From an uncultured delta proteobacterium (GTDB lineage Bacteria; Desulfobacterota; Binatia; Binatales; Binataceae), in NCBI GenBank assembly GCA_963765675.1, contig CAVXXK010000001.1:1824001-1888000 (forward strand): a DNA stretch of 64,000 bases, in the 5' to 3' direction. Within the stretch, counting starts at the first letter, position 1; each line of letters begins with the position of its first letter. The notes below the pieces were generated by a model. That model saw only the letters and a program-made list of their open reading frames with translations. It was not told the origin of the DNA and did not search any database. The translations under genes were made by a program, and so were the position numbers. Shown here piece after piece: positions 48,651 through 58,346 of this stretch.

Positions 48651-49199
48651 ATGATTCTGAAAGTCGCGCGGCTCGGGTTTCCTTCGGTCAGAACTGTCGC
48701 ACAGGCGGTGCCGACGGCGCGGATTGCGGCGCCCGAGTTCCAGCGGCTAATCGACGACATGGTTGAGACGATGTACGAATACCACGGCGTCGGCCTGGCG
48801 GCGCCGCAGGTGCATCTGCCGATCCAGCTCGCGGTGCTCGAAGTCGAAAATCATCCGCGCTATCCCGATATGCCGTCGGTCCCGCTGACGGTGCTGATCA
48901 ATCCTGTGGTGACGGTCGTCAAGTCCGCGCCGATCGAGGATTGGGAGGGATGCCTGAGTATCCCGGACCTGCGTGGTCTGGTCCCGCGCGCGACCGAGGT
49001 GCGCGTGCAGGCGCTCGGGCGAAACGGAGAGCGGCTGGATTTCGTCGCGCGCGATTTTCATGCCCGGGTGATCCAGCATGAGACGGATCATCTGAAGGGC
49101 GAGGTCTATTTGGATCGGATGCCGGATCTGCGCAAGCTCGGATTTCTCGACGAATGGCAGCGCTTCCTGATGCCGCGGCAGAAACCGGACGAAGAGTAG
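48651..49199 (+). CDS. def: Peptide deformylase
   Basis: GVGLAAPQV, EGCLS, QHETDHL.G. Confidence 0.96.
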   Translation: MILKVARLGFPSVRTVAQAVPTARIAAPEFQRLIDDMVETMYEYHGVGLAAPQVHLPIQLAVLEVENHPRYPDMPSVPLTVLINPVVTVVKSAPIEDWEGCLSIPDLRGLVPRATEVRVQALGRNGERLDFVARDFHARVIQHETDHLKGEVYLDRMPDLRKLGFLDEWQRFLMPRQKPDEE

Positions 49200-49205
49200 C
49201 GTCCG

Positions 49206-49499
49206 TTACTTGGGCGGGTAGGGGAGGTTGGGCGGTAGCTTGCCGGTTGCCTTGACGGTGCCGATCGCTTTGCGAAGCTCTTCGTTCTGGGCGGCGAGAT
49301 TCTGCTCCTCAGACTGAACGCTGCCGAGCTGGCCCTTGAGCTGGGTGTTCTGGTCGCGAAGCTCGTCGATCTGGTGGTTGAGCGCGGTGATCTGCTGCTG
49401 CATCTGATCCTCGGCCACCCGAGTTTGTCCGGCCCAGAGGTAGAAGAGAATCGCCGCTACAATCGCGACGATCACCGCGCCCGCTATTGCCTTACCCAT
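49206..49499 (-). CDS. Small single-TM coiled-coil protein
   Basis: N-terminal hydrophobic helix, Gln-rich heptads, Pro-rich tail. Confidence 0.7.
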   Translation of the reverse strand: MGKAIAGAVIVAIVAAILFYLWAGQTRVAEDQMQQQITALNHQIDELRDQNTQLKGQLGSVQSEEQNLAAQNEELRKAIGTVKATGKLPPNLPYPPK

Positions 49500-49550
49500 C
49501 GCACCACCGCGTCAAGAATAGGTGAGCCCCGACAAAACATAAAGCGGTGC

Positions 49551-49854
49551 CTGATTCCTCCCCCGTTATTCACGGGGGAGGATTAAAGGTGGGGGTGCAG
49601 CGATTTGCCTCGCGCCGTGAGATGTTCTTCTATCGTGTGCGCTTTCCGCGCGAGTGGTCTTGCCGATACGAATGATCCGCCGCGGGCTTCGTACATTTCG
49701 GAGCACGAGTGCTCGGGATTCCTCGCCTATGGCTCGGAATGACGATTGGGAGCTTCGGTGGCAGGAACATTATTCCTGCCGATGCGTGGATGTCGCCGCT
49801 GCACCCCCTCCTTTAATCCTCCCCCATGTCAGACAATGGGGGAGGAATCAGACG
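49551..49854. repeat. Inverted pair of family F units enclosing a family A half-unit
   Basis: Inverted ~52-bp ends ctgattcctccccc.../...gggggaggaatcag; internal ctcgggattcctcgcctatggctcggaatgacg at ~49712-49744. Confidence 0.8.
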
Positions 49855-49858
49855 TGAA

Positions 49859-49888
49859 TTGACTTCTTACGGCTGGCGTCCGTACAAT
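49859..49888 (+). promoter_or_regulatory. Sigma70-like promoter for the Gld-like ABC operon
   Basis: TTGACT-18 nt-TACAAT. Confidence 0.5.
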
Positions 49889-50006
49889 GCCGGTGGATTT
49901 CGCGACTGACTGGAACGCGAGCTGGGGTATCTGAAGGCGCGAACTTTTCCGCCATCGCGTTCGTTTTCCCATCCAGACCCGCGAGCCCACAGGCAGATTG
50001 TCGTAA

Positions 50007-50960
50007 ATGATAGAGGTTCAAGGCCTTACCAAATTTTTCGGCTCGACGCGTGCGGTAAATCACGTTTCGTTCAAGGTCGAAAAGGGCGAGATTATCGGAC
50101 TGCTCGGCCCCAACGGCTCGGGCAAAACCACGATCATGCGGATCCTGACCGGATTCTTCCCGGCCACTTCCGGGCGTGCGTTTATCGGCGGGATCGACGT
50201 CGCCGAGCATTCGATCGAGACGCGCCGCAAAATCGGCTACCTGCCCGAGAACATGGTCCTGTACCCGGACCTGACCGTCACCGCGCTGTTGGAATTCGCC
50301 GCGCGGGTGCGCGGTCTCGACGCGAAGACCACGCGCGAACGGATCGAATTTTCAATCAGGACCTGCGGCCTGCAAGAGGTGCGTCACAAGCTGATCGGCA
50401 AACTCTCGAAAGGTTATCGTCAGCGGGTCGGAATCGCGCAGGCGGTGCTGCCCGACCCCGAGGTGCTGATCCTCGACGAGCCGACTGTCGGGCTCGATCC
50501 GCGCCAGGTGGTCGAGATCCGCGAGCTGATTCGCTCGCTCGCCGGGCGCTCGACGGTGCTGCTCTCGACCCACATCCTGCCCGAGGTCAACATGACCTGC
50601 CGGCGGGTGGTGATTATCGATCGCGGCAATATCGTCGCGCAGGATACTCCCGAAGAGCTGACCGCCAAGCTGCAGGGCAGCGACCAGACGCTGCTGACCG
50701 TCGCGGGGCCGGCGGATCAAATCAAGCAGGTGCTGAGCGAGGTTCCCAACGTCGAGCGGCTCGAGCAGCGTCCCGCGGAGAGCGGGCAGCCGGGCGCGTC
50801 GAGCTTTATCGCCTTTTCCAACGGTCATGGCGACGAGGTTCGTGGCGCGCTCGCAGCGGCAGTAGTCCAGCACGGATGGAGCCTGCTCGAGATCAAGCCG
50901 ATGGCGCTGTCGCTCGAAGATCTGTTCATGCGGCTGGTGACCAAGGAAGACCGGGTCTAG
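50007..50960 (+). CDS. ABC transporter ATP-binding protein (GldA-like)
   Basis: GPNGSGKTT, LSKGYRQRVG, LDEPTVGLDP, STHIL.EV. Confidence 0.93.
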   Translation: MIEVQGLTKFFGSTRAVNHVSFKVEKGEIIGLLGPNGSGKTTIMRILTGFFPATSGRAFIGGIDVAEHSIETRRKIGYLPENMVLYPDLTVTALLEFAARVRGLDAKTTRERIEFSIRTCGLQEVRHKLIGKLSKGYRQRVGIAQAVLPDPEVLILDEPTVGLDPRQVVEIRELIRSLAGRSTVLLSTHILPEVNMTCRRVVIIDRGNIVAQDTPEELTAKLQGSDQTLLTVAGPADQIKQVLSEVPNVERLEQRPAESGQPGASSFIAFSNGHGDEVRGALAAAVVQHGWSLLEIKPMALSLEDLFMRLVTKEDRV

Positions 50961-50973
50961 CTTGAGGTAATCG

Positions 50974-51810
50974 ATGTCCAACGGCGCAGCTACACTGGAG
51001 GCAGCGCGGCCGGCGTCCGATGCCGGGCGGCTGGCCGCGGCCGGAACGCGCACCGGCTTTTCTCCGGCGCGGATGATCGCGGTGATGCGCAAGGAATTGC
51101 GCTCGTACTTCGCGTTTCCGCTGGTGTATATCGTCGCGGCGGTGTTCACACTGTTCGCAGGAATCCGCGCGTGGAGCGATCTGAACTTTTTCGAGACGAT
51201 GTCGTTCGCGCGCGACATTATCCAGAACTACTGGCAGTTACTATTCTCGGATATCCGGCAGGTGTTGTGGCTGACGCTGCCGTTCATCACGATGCGATCG
51301 TTCGCGGAGGAGCGCAAACTCGGAACGATCGAGTTGCTATATACCTATCCGATCCGCGACGGCGAAATACTGGGCGGCAAGTTTCTCGCGGCGATCGTGA
51401 TCTTCCTGATGATGCTCTCGTTCACGCTGCTCTACCCGGTGTACGTTTACTGGATACATGCGTTCCCGCTGTTTCCGCTGCTGGCGGGATATATCGGGTT
51501 GCTGCTGATCGGCGCGGCGTTTATCGCCTTTGGGGTCTTTGTATCCTCGCTGTGCGAGAGTCAGGTGGTCGCGGGTGTCGCGACCCTGGTCGGGCTGCTG
51601 CTCATCTGGGTGCTCAACTGGAATGAAGCCGCGTTCCAGTCCTCGTGGCTCGACGCGCTCCGCGCGTTTTCGATGTTCGATGAGTTCGATACCTTCGCCA
51701 AGGGCGTAATTGATATCGATCACATTACCTACTTCCTGTTCTTCATAGTATTTTTCCTGTTTCTGACCATGCGCTCGATGGGGGCACGCAAGTGGACCGG
51801 CCGGAGATAA
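50974..51810 (+). CDS. ABC-2 permease (GldF-like)
   Basis: KELRSYF..P..Y, TMRSFAEERK.GTIELL.T.P, GKFLA. Confidence 0.9.
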   Translation: MSNGAATLEAARPASDAGRLAAAGTRTGFSPARMIAVMRKELRSYFAFPLVYIVAAVFTLFAGIRAWSDLNFFETMSFARDIIQNYWQLLFSDIRQVLWLTLPFITMRSFAEERKLGTIELLYTYPIRDGEILGGKFLAAIVIFLMMLSFTLLYPVYVYWIHAFPLFPLLAGYIGLLLIGAAFIAFGVFVSSLCESQVVAGVATLVGLLLIWVLNWNEAAFQSSWLDALRAFSMFDEFDTFAKGVIDIDHITYFLFFIVFFLFLTMRSMGARKWTGRR

Positions 51811-53225
51811 AACCGCAGCCCGAGGCGCGGGGTTCGATATGGCGCAACTACGCCATATTGATTTACACGGTGGTCGCACTTGCGGCGGTGCTGATCGTGC
51901 TCAACATGATCATCACAGAACACAACGTGCGCTTCGATCTGACTCCTAACAAGAAATACTCACTGTCGGATTTCGACAAGCGCGTGCTGGGCGGTCTGAC
52001 GCATCCGGTCAAGGTGATGGCGTTCGTGCGCACTGAGGATCCGGCTTATCTCGAACTTGCGGACCTGCTGTTCCAGGCGGCCGCGTTCACCCCGCAGCTT
52101 ACCTACCAGGTGATCGACGTGAACAAGGCGCCGGGTCTGGCGCATCAGTACGGGGTTTCAAGCTACGGCGAGGTGGTGGTCGAGTCGCAAAACCGGCGGC
52201 GCGATTTTGACAACGCGCGCTCCGACGAGCTGATACCCGCGATTCTGCAGATTTCCGCGGATAGCACCAAGCACATCTACTTTACCACCGGCCACGGTGA
52301 GCGCGATCTATACGACGCGGATCACACCATCGGCTATTCGGAATGGCGTGGGCTGCTCGAGCAGAATAACTACCAGGTCGATAACGTGTCGCTGTTCGCC
52401 AGCGGAGTCCCCGACGATTGCAAGGTGCTGGTGTCGCTCGGACCGCGCAAGGATTTTCTGCCCGAAGAGCTCGCCGCGCTGGCAAAATATCTTGGCAACG
52501 GCGGCCACTACGTCGCGTTTATCGATCCTTACGGCTCACCCAGCCTGGTCAAATTCCTGCAGCAGTATGGAATGAGTTTTACCGATCGGGTGGTGGTCGA
52601 TCCCGCCTACCGGCTGACGGCCGGCGAAATTCTGACGACACAGATACCTCTGCGCTCCGAGGACAACGCCATCAGCCGCGCGATGGCGGCGCCGGCGGTG
52701 TTTTCGCTCGCACGCGGAGTGGATATCACCTTCAAGGTGGGAGCCGCCGCGCCTGACAGCCTGAAGGTCGCGCAGGAAAATGAATTTCTGCGCTCATCGC
52801 ACGAAAGCTGGGCCTCCGGCGACCCGAAGGCGCTGACCACCGGAATCACCGAGTTTCAGTCTCCGCGCGATACCAAGGGACCAATCCCGGTGGGCTCGGA
52901 AATCGACTACACCCCGGCAACCGCGCCGCATATTCCTCTGGAACAGATGACGCGCCTGGTCGGATTTGGAAGCTCGGGGTTCGCGTCGAATCAGTTTATC
53001 GAGATGCTCGGGAATCGCGATCTCGCGGTCAGCCTGGTTAACGAACTGGCCGGCGACGAAATGCTGATTTCGAGCCGCGAAATGCTCAACAAGGCAGATA
53101 CCGCGGGTTTCTACGCGACCGACCGGCAAGCTGACTGGCTCGCCTATCTCGCTGCCGGGTTCGAAACTATCCTGCTGTTGACGATCGCGATCGCCGTCTT
53201 CGTGCGCAGGAGGTTCTTCGCGTGA
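51792..53225 (+). CDS. GldG-like ABC transporter auxiliary component
   Basis: TM, RFDLT.NK.YSLS, YFTTGHGE, GNRDL, C-terminal TM. Start uncertain. Confidence 0.88.
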   Translation: MDRPEIKPQPEARGSIWRNYAILIYTVVALAAVLIVLNMIITEHNVRFDLTPNKKYSLSDFDKRVLGGLTHPVKVMAFVRTEDPAYLELADLLFQAAAFTPQLTYQVIDVNKAPGLAHQYGVSSYGEVVVESQNRRRDFDNARSDELIPAILQISADSTKHIYFTTGHGERDLYDADHTIGYSEWRGLLEQNNYQVDNVSLFASGVPDDCKVLVSLGPRKDFLPEELAALAKYLGNGGHYVAFIDPYGSPSLVKFLQQYGMSFTDRVVVDPAYRLTAGEILTTQIPLRSEDNAISRAMAAPAVFSLARGVDITFKVGAAAPDSLKVAQENEFLRSSHESWASGDPKALTTGITEFQSPRDTKGPIPVGSEIDYTPATAPHIPLEQMTRLVGFGSSGFASNQFIEMLGNRDLAVSLVNELAGDEMLISSREMLNKADTAGFYATDRQADWLAYLAAGFETILLLTIAIAVFVRRRFFA

Positions 53226-53764
53226 GCATCCGGTCGGCGATCGTCCTGAGTATCGTCTTCATCATTCTGCTGCCGATTTATCTGTGGGGCCGGCCGGAGA
53301 TTAAGCGCAACGCGCAGCTTACGGACAAACAGGAGAGCCTGCTGGGGCTCGACGGAATCGACGCGATCACGCTAGCTCGCGGTACGGAAACGATTCATTT
53401 TCAAAAAACGGCGGACGGCAAGTTGTACGCGATCACGCAGCCGCCCAACGCCTTTATCCCGCAGGATCTGATGAATGCGACGACGGCGCTGTTGATCAAC
53501 GCCAAGCAGGTCGAGGTGGTCGCCGACAATCTGAACGACCTCGCACAGTTCGAGCTTGACCAGCCCAAGGTCTCGATGACGATCGAATCCAAGAACAAGC
53601 CGCAGCCGATCAAGATTCTGTTCGGTGGCGAGAATCCTACCAAGACCGCGATTTATGCGGAAATCGTCGGAGTGCCCAAGGTGTTCCTGCTTGGGCGCAA
53701 TCTCGAGTACTACCAGACCCTGATGTTTCAGTGGGTCGAGGGCAAGCAGGGCAAGAACGCCTGA
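53222..53764 (+). CDS. DUF4340-like membrane-anchored protein
   Basis: N-terminal anchor; L.QF.L..P...I, G..NPT...YA; usual fourth gene of Gld-like operons. Confidence 0.7.
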   Translation: MSIRSAIVLSIVFIILLPIYLWGRPEIKRNAQLTDKQESLLGLDGIDAITLARGTETIHFQKTADGKLYAITQPPNAFIPQDLMNATTALLINAKQVEVVADNLNDLAQFELDQPKVSMTIESKNKPQPIKILFGGENPTKTAIYAEIVGVPKVFLLGRNLEYYQTLMFQWVEGKQGKNA

Positions 53765-53787
53765 GCCGGCGGACCCGCTCCAGCGAT

Positions 53788-54106
53788 TCAGCTTTCGAGG
53801 GCGCGCAGCCGATTCATAATCTCACCGGCGCTGGTGATTCCTTTCTCGGTGACGGTCCGCTCGAGAGCGCGCAGAAAATGCTGATAGTACTCGCCATGAT
53901 TCGAGGTGCCGTCGCGTTCGCGGACCCGATCCGACGCGCCGAACCTCTTCGATCAACCGCATGCGAAACTCGTCCCAGGAAAAAAGTCCTGCCTCGCTGA
54001 GCCCCAGCGCCAACGCGAACGCGCGCGCTTCCCACGGCGCGCTGAAGATCTCGGAGCTGCTCACGCCGACGCCCTCGAGCAGGCTCTCGATTCGCCGCTC
54101 GGTCAT
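53788..54106 (-). CDS. Nitrile hydratase accessory (activator, P14K/NhlE-like) protein, split by a +1 base near 53941
   Basis: [11 protein letters not shown]...L...GLFSW.EF then, after removing one base, [19 protein letters not shown] overlap with nthA. Confidence 0.85.
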
Positions 54107-54723
54107 CGCGCGTTCTGCTCCGCGGGCGCGGCAACCTTGGCGACGCCGATCATCGAGTCGCGCGTGACCAGAGCCGCGAGCTCGGCTTCCGTCATCGATT
54201 CGGTTCCCTTTGGGCGCTCGGGAATGACGATATAGCGCTGCTCGGCGCTCGAATCCCATACCCGTACTTCCACGTCGTCAGGGATGACGAGCCCGAACTC
54301 GCGCATCACGCCGCGCGGATCGCTGACCGCGCGCGAGCGGTAGGCAAAACTCTTGTACCAGGCCGGCGGCAGCCCGAGCACCGGCCACGGATAGCAGGAG
54401 CAGAGCGTGCAGACGACCAGATTGTGGACGCGCGGCGTGTTCTCGACCGCAACCAGATGGCCGCCCTCGGGACCGGCGATTCCGAGCTCGGCGCAGGCAG
54501 CGACCGCGTCGGTCATCAGGCGGCGGTGAAACTCGGTGTCGCACCACGACTTGGCGACGACGCGCGCGCCGGCTCGCGGACCGACCGCGTGCTGATAGGT
54601 CTCGATAATCTGGTCGAGCCGCGCTGAATCGACGAGTCCCTTTTCGGTGAGCAATTCTTCGAGCGCTTTGACGCGCGCGGCAGGTCCGCGCACCGAAGTG
54701 TCGTGATGATGGTCGTCGGGCAT
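54103..54723 (-). CDS. nthA: Nitrile hydratase alpha subunit, cobalt type
   Basis: [21 protein letters not shown] (Thr/Tyr = Co-type); VWDSSAE.RY; LVTRDSMIG. Confidence 0.96.
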   Translation of the reverse strand: MPDDHHHDTSVRGPAARVKALEELLTEKGLVDSARLDQIIETYQHAVGPRAGARVVAKSWCDTEFHRRLMTDAVAACAELGIAGPEGGHLVAVENTPRVHNLVVCTLCSCYPWPVLGLPPAWYKSFAYRSRAVSDPRGVMREFGLVIPDDVEVRVWDSSAEQRYIVIPERPKGTESMTEAELAALVTRDSMIGVAKVAAPAEQNAR

Positions 54724-54727
54724 AGAT

Positions 54728-55442
54728 CTATCCTTTGCGGCGAGTACTTGCGCGCGATTTCGCTTTCGATTTCTTTTTCGCCACCGGACGCGCGGCAGGT
54801 TTGCTCTCGGCGGATTCGAGATAATCTTCCCACAGGTCGATCACGATCTCGTCTCGTGGATGCGCTGGCGGTCCGAACACTTCGCGCGTCTTGAACGCGA
54901 CGTTGTACACGTGCTGGCGCGCTTCGCCCGCGTGATGCGCGTTGGTATCCGGAAATGTATAGACGTCCCGATCGTTTCGAATCACGCCGGCTTTTCCGCG
55001 CACGTAACGCGGCAGGCGGGTGTGTCCCGCGGGATTGATATTGCGCGCGCGCACGCGCTGACCCGCGCGAAACTTCGCGCGCGGATTCTTTGCTCGAGGC
55101 TTCGCGGCGGCGACCTGCGCCGCGGGAATCGCCGCGATTTCGCCGCCCGCGCGCGCTTCGATCTCAGCGCCGGGAGAGGATTCCTTTTTCGATGAGCAGC
55201 GTCTGCGCCGCGTGAAGCCATCGTTCGTAGTAACCGGAAGCGAGGTAGCGCGCCGGAGGTATCCGCTCGATCGCGTGGCGGAACTCGTCGACGTTCGCAC
55301 CGGTGCGCCCGAGCACGATGTTGACGAGTGCGAAGGCGCGCGCCTCCCAATCCGAATGGAACTGCGTGGATTCGTCCGCCGCGCCGTGCTCGACGCGGCC
55401 GAAACCGTCCATCCCGCCCATGTCGTGAATTCCATTCATCAT
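54728..55442 (-). CDS. nthB: Nitrile hydratase beta subunit, split by a +1 base near 55172
   Basis: [33 protein letters not shown]; then [23 protein letters not shown]. Confidence 0.93.
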
Positions 55443-55497
55443 ATGACCTTCACGATTATCGGCGCGCGAGCGCTGCGCTGGCAAGCGCGCAGCAGCA

Positions 55498-56616
55498 CTA
55501 AAGCTTGAAGTGCGACGCAGCTCGCGCGTAGCGCGGATCGTCGTGGCGATTGCGGTCGGGGTCGCATCCGCGGGCGAGCGCCGAAAAATAGGTGAACAAC
55601 TGAAGCGACAGGATGATCGCGAAGGGGATGGTGATTTCGTCGCGCCCCTCGACGCGAATCGTCTGCTCCGCGATATCAGCGAGCTTCGCGGCGGCGCCGG
55701 TCACGATAGCGAGCCGCGCCGCGCCGATCTCGCCCGCCGCGCGTGCCACTTGCACCAGACGCGGAGCGGTGGCGGCGTCGCTCGCGATAAGAACGATCAG
55801 GCTGTCCGCGTCGAGTGAGGCGATCGGGCCGTGCAAAAATTCCTCGGTCTCGATCGCCTCGGCATACGTAAACGTCGCTTCCTTGAGCTTGAGCGCGCCC
55901 TCGCGCGCGCACGCGTATGCGGGCCCGGCGCCGACCAGCACGATTCTACGGAAGCCGCGGAATTTTTCCGCGGCGGCGCGCTCGGCAGACGGATCGGCGA
56001 GGCGGCGTTCGAGCTGCGCCGGAACTTCCGCGAATTCGCGGCGCACGGAGAGCGCGCGTTCGTGGTCGCCGCGTGCGAGCGCGGTTTCGATCGCGAGCTC
56101 CATGAGGATCGCGAGCGCGCCGGTCAGGCTCTTGGTATGCGCGCCGGATTTTTCCTGCGCGGTTGTTAGGAAGACGAAATCCGCCGCGTGCGCGCCCGCG
56201 CGTGGATTCTCGCCGCAGATGGCGGCGGTCAGGATGTGCTCGAGGTTTCCGCCCGCCGCAAGACGAGCGGGAAACTCGCGCCATCCGCGATGCGAGATTG
56301 CGACGATCGCCGCGCCATGCGCCGCCGGAGCCTCGTAATGCAACTGCTCGAACGAGTTGAGCGCGCGCGCCGGATCAAGTCCACCAACCGCGCGCATCCA
56401 ATATGCCCCGAGCATCGCGGCGTGCAGCGAGCTTCCGATTCCGGAGAGCGTGACCGAAGGCGCGTCCGCGATGCGGCGCGCGAATTCCGCGATTGCCGGA
56501 CGGCCGCGCGCGATCGCCCCCGCGATCGCGGCGGGCTGCTCGTGAATATGCTCCCACATGAAATAGGGATGCGCACTGCGCGCGTCGTCAGCGGAATTTT
56601 TTCGGTCCTGCTTCAC
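55498..56616 (-). CDS. Two-SIS-domain sugar-phosphate isomerase/deaminase (GlmS isomerase-like)
   Basis: M...I.EQP, GIGSSLHA, AHTKS, EGALKLKE, EEFLHGP, LQL..Y..A..RG.DPD. Confidence 0.88.
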   Translation of the reverse strand: MKQDRKNSADDARSAHPYFMWEHIHEQPAAIAGAIARGRPAIAEFARRIADAPSVTLSGIGSSLHAAMLGAYWMRAVGGLDPARALNSFEQLHYEAPAAHGAAIVAISHRGWREFPARLAAGGNLEHILTAAICGENPRAGAHAADFVFLTTAQEKSGAHTKSLTGALAILMELAIETALARGDHERALSVRREFAEVPAQLERRLADPSAERAAAEKFRGFRRIVLVGAGPAYACAREGALKLKEATFTYAEAIETEEFLHGPIASLDADSLIVLIASDAATAPRLVQVARAAGEIGAARLAIVTGAAAKLADIAEQTIRVEGRDEITIPFAIILSLQLFTYFSALARGCDPDRNRHDDPRYARAASHFKL

Positions 56617-56728
56617 CTGATTTCTCTTTTCGTGGCCGGTGCTGATCTTCTGTGATGCGCCCAGGCACGCTCTGTCACGCGCTGTCGGACGCGCACTTGA
56701 AGCGCATCGGCGGCGGTTGATAGGTTCG

Positions 56729-57196
56729 ATGGTTATCGTCGTGGCGGGGAAACCAAAGAGCAAGTGGCCGATTGATTTGCGCTTTTGCGGATTCCTTTCC
56801 GCCGTCTGGGCGCTCCATCTCGTGCTCCGAGTATTTGACGCCGATCCGATGATCGAGGCGTCCGAGCCGATTCACGCGCTGGTCGCCGGAATTTTATTTT
56901 ACGGCGATCAGGCGCGAATCCTGAAGCTGGTCGAGGCGGGCATCTTCTGGGCGATCGCGGTCGGGCTCATGATGAGCCGCCGATGGGGCCTGGTGCTCGC
57001 GCTGATCTATGGGGCCGAAGTCGTGATGAGCCATCTGGTGTTCGTCGTCGCGTACCGGAATGTGCGGCCGGAGTGGTATCACGTTCATCTTGCGGCCAAT
57101 GAGGGACCGTTCGTGGTGCTGCTGACGCTCTATCTGTGGATCCGCGCCTGCGACTTGATCTTCGTGGACTCTCCGCCCGGCGCACCGCATCCCTAG
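56729..57196 (+). CDS. Hypothetical membrane protein (~4 TM)
   Basis: Several hydrophobic helices; overlaps the stop of the convergent SDR. Confidence 0.65.
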   Translation: MVIVVAGKPKSKWPIDLRFCGFLSAVWALHLVLRVFDADPMIEASEPIHALVAGILFYGDQARILKLVEAGIFWAIAVGLMMSRRWGLVLALIYGAEVVMSHLVFVVAYRNVRPEWYHVHLAANEGPFVVLLTLYLWIRACDLIFVDSPPGAPHP

Positions 57197-57951
57197 CTGC
57201 GCAGCATCAGGCCGCCGTCGGCGCGAATTCCGGCGCCCGTCACGTAACCTGCGTCGTCGGAGGCCAGAAACAAAATCACGCGCGCCATGTCCTCGGGCTG
57301 GCCGAGCCGCCTGAGCGCCGTCTTCTTTTCCCACACCCTGCGAATTTCTTCGCGATCGAAATTCGCGCGCGTCATCCCGGTGTAAATCGGTCCGGGCATG
57401 ATGTAGTTGCAGCGGATTCCGTGCTTGCCGTATTCGAGCGCGACCGTGCGCGTCAGGCCCGCCACGCCCGCCTTTGACGAGCAGTAAGCGGCGAGGCCGT
57501 AGTCGGTGACTTCCGCCATCACCGAGGCGACGTTGACGATCGAGCCGCCGCCCGCCTTGACGAGTTCCGGGATCGCGCGCTTGATCAGCATGAACTGTCC
57601 GCGCACGTTGACGTTGTGCACGCGGTCCCATTCGGCCAGCGGCAATTCGCCGACGATTGCGTTGGTGCCCGTGCCGGCGTTGTTGACGACCGTCGTGAGC
57701 TTCCCGAAGCGCTCGAGCGCGAGCCCGACCAATCGCGGCGCAGTATCCTCGTGGGCCACGTCGGCCGCGAGCGCCGCGCTGGTGGCGCCGGCCGCTTCAA
57801 GCATCCGCTGAGTTTCGGCGGTTGCCTCCGCTGAGAGGTCGCTATGGATCACACGCGCGCCCTCGGCAGCGAGCAGCATCGCGGTAGCCCGTCCGATCCC
57901 GGAGCCCGCGCCAGTAACGATCGCAACTTTTCCCGCCATTCTGTCAGCCAT
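57193..57951 (-). CDS. SDR family oxidoreductase
   Basis: TGAGSGIG, NNAG, YCSSK, FLASD.A.YVTG, DGG. Confidence 0.93.
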   Translation of the reverse strand: MADRMAGKVAIVTGAGSGIGRATAMLLAAEGARVIHSDLSAEATAETQRMLEAAGATSAALAADVAHEDTAPRLVGLALERFGKLTTVVNNAGTGTNAIVGELPLAEWDRVHNVNVRGQFMLIKRAIPELVKAGGGSIVNVASVMAEVTDYGLAAYCSSKAGVAGLTRTVALEYGKHGIRCNYIMPGPIYTGMTRANFDREEIRRVWEKKTALRRLGQPEDMARVILFLASDDAGYVTGAGIRADGGLMLRS

Positions 57952-58036
57952 GAGGTATCTCCAATTTCAGATTTGTAGCGGATCGTTGGAACAGCCTTCG
58001 CGAGCCGCCTCTCTTCTGCCTACACTTTGAGAGCCC

Positions 58037-58268
58037 GTCGATTTTTTCGCAAACTCTTCTGATCTGATCCCTCGCCCAGTAGAGGGTGTCGATAAATGGC
58101 GAGTTCTTGTCCGTCATCCTGAACCCTTCGGCGCAGCTCAGGGCAGGCTCCGTGAAGGATCTCCGCGAAGCGATTAGTGCGAAGGGCCAGGGTTGGTTGC
58201 ACTAATCGCTTCGCGGGGATCCTTCGCCTGCGGCTCAGGATGACGGACGGGGTTTTCGATTATCGACA
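58037..58268. repeat. Composite palindromic element (family D, copy 2)
   Basis: gtccgtcatcctga...tcaggatgacggac (58109-58248) with the same core as 34860; flank gtcgattttttcgcaaa is the reverse complement of ~34966-34982. Confidence 0.85.
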
Positions 58269-58346
58269 GCCGTGGGCTACTTGGGCGATTCTTTCTATGA
58301 AATCAAAGGGTGATGGGTCAGTTTGAGAATTGACGTGACGGTGGTG

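Noticed and set aside
4390-55180. Programmed ribosomal frameshifting as the cause of the split genes
   Set aside because: No common slippery sequence or stimulator, unrelated gene functions, and no precedent in these families that I know of; error is more parsimonious.
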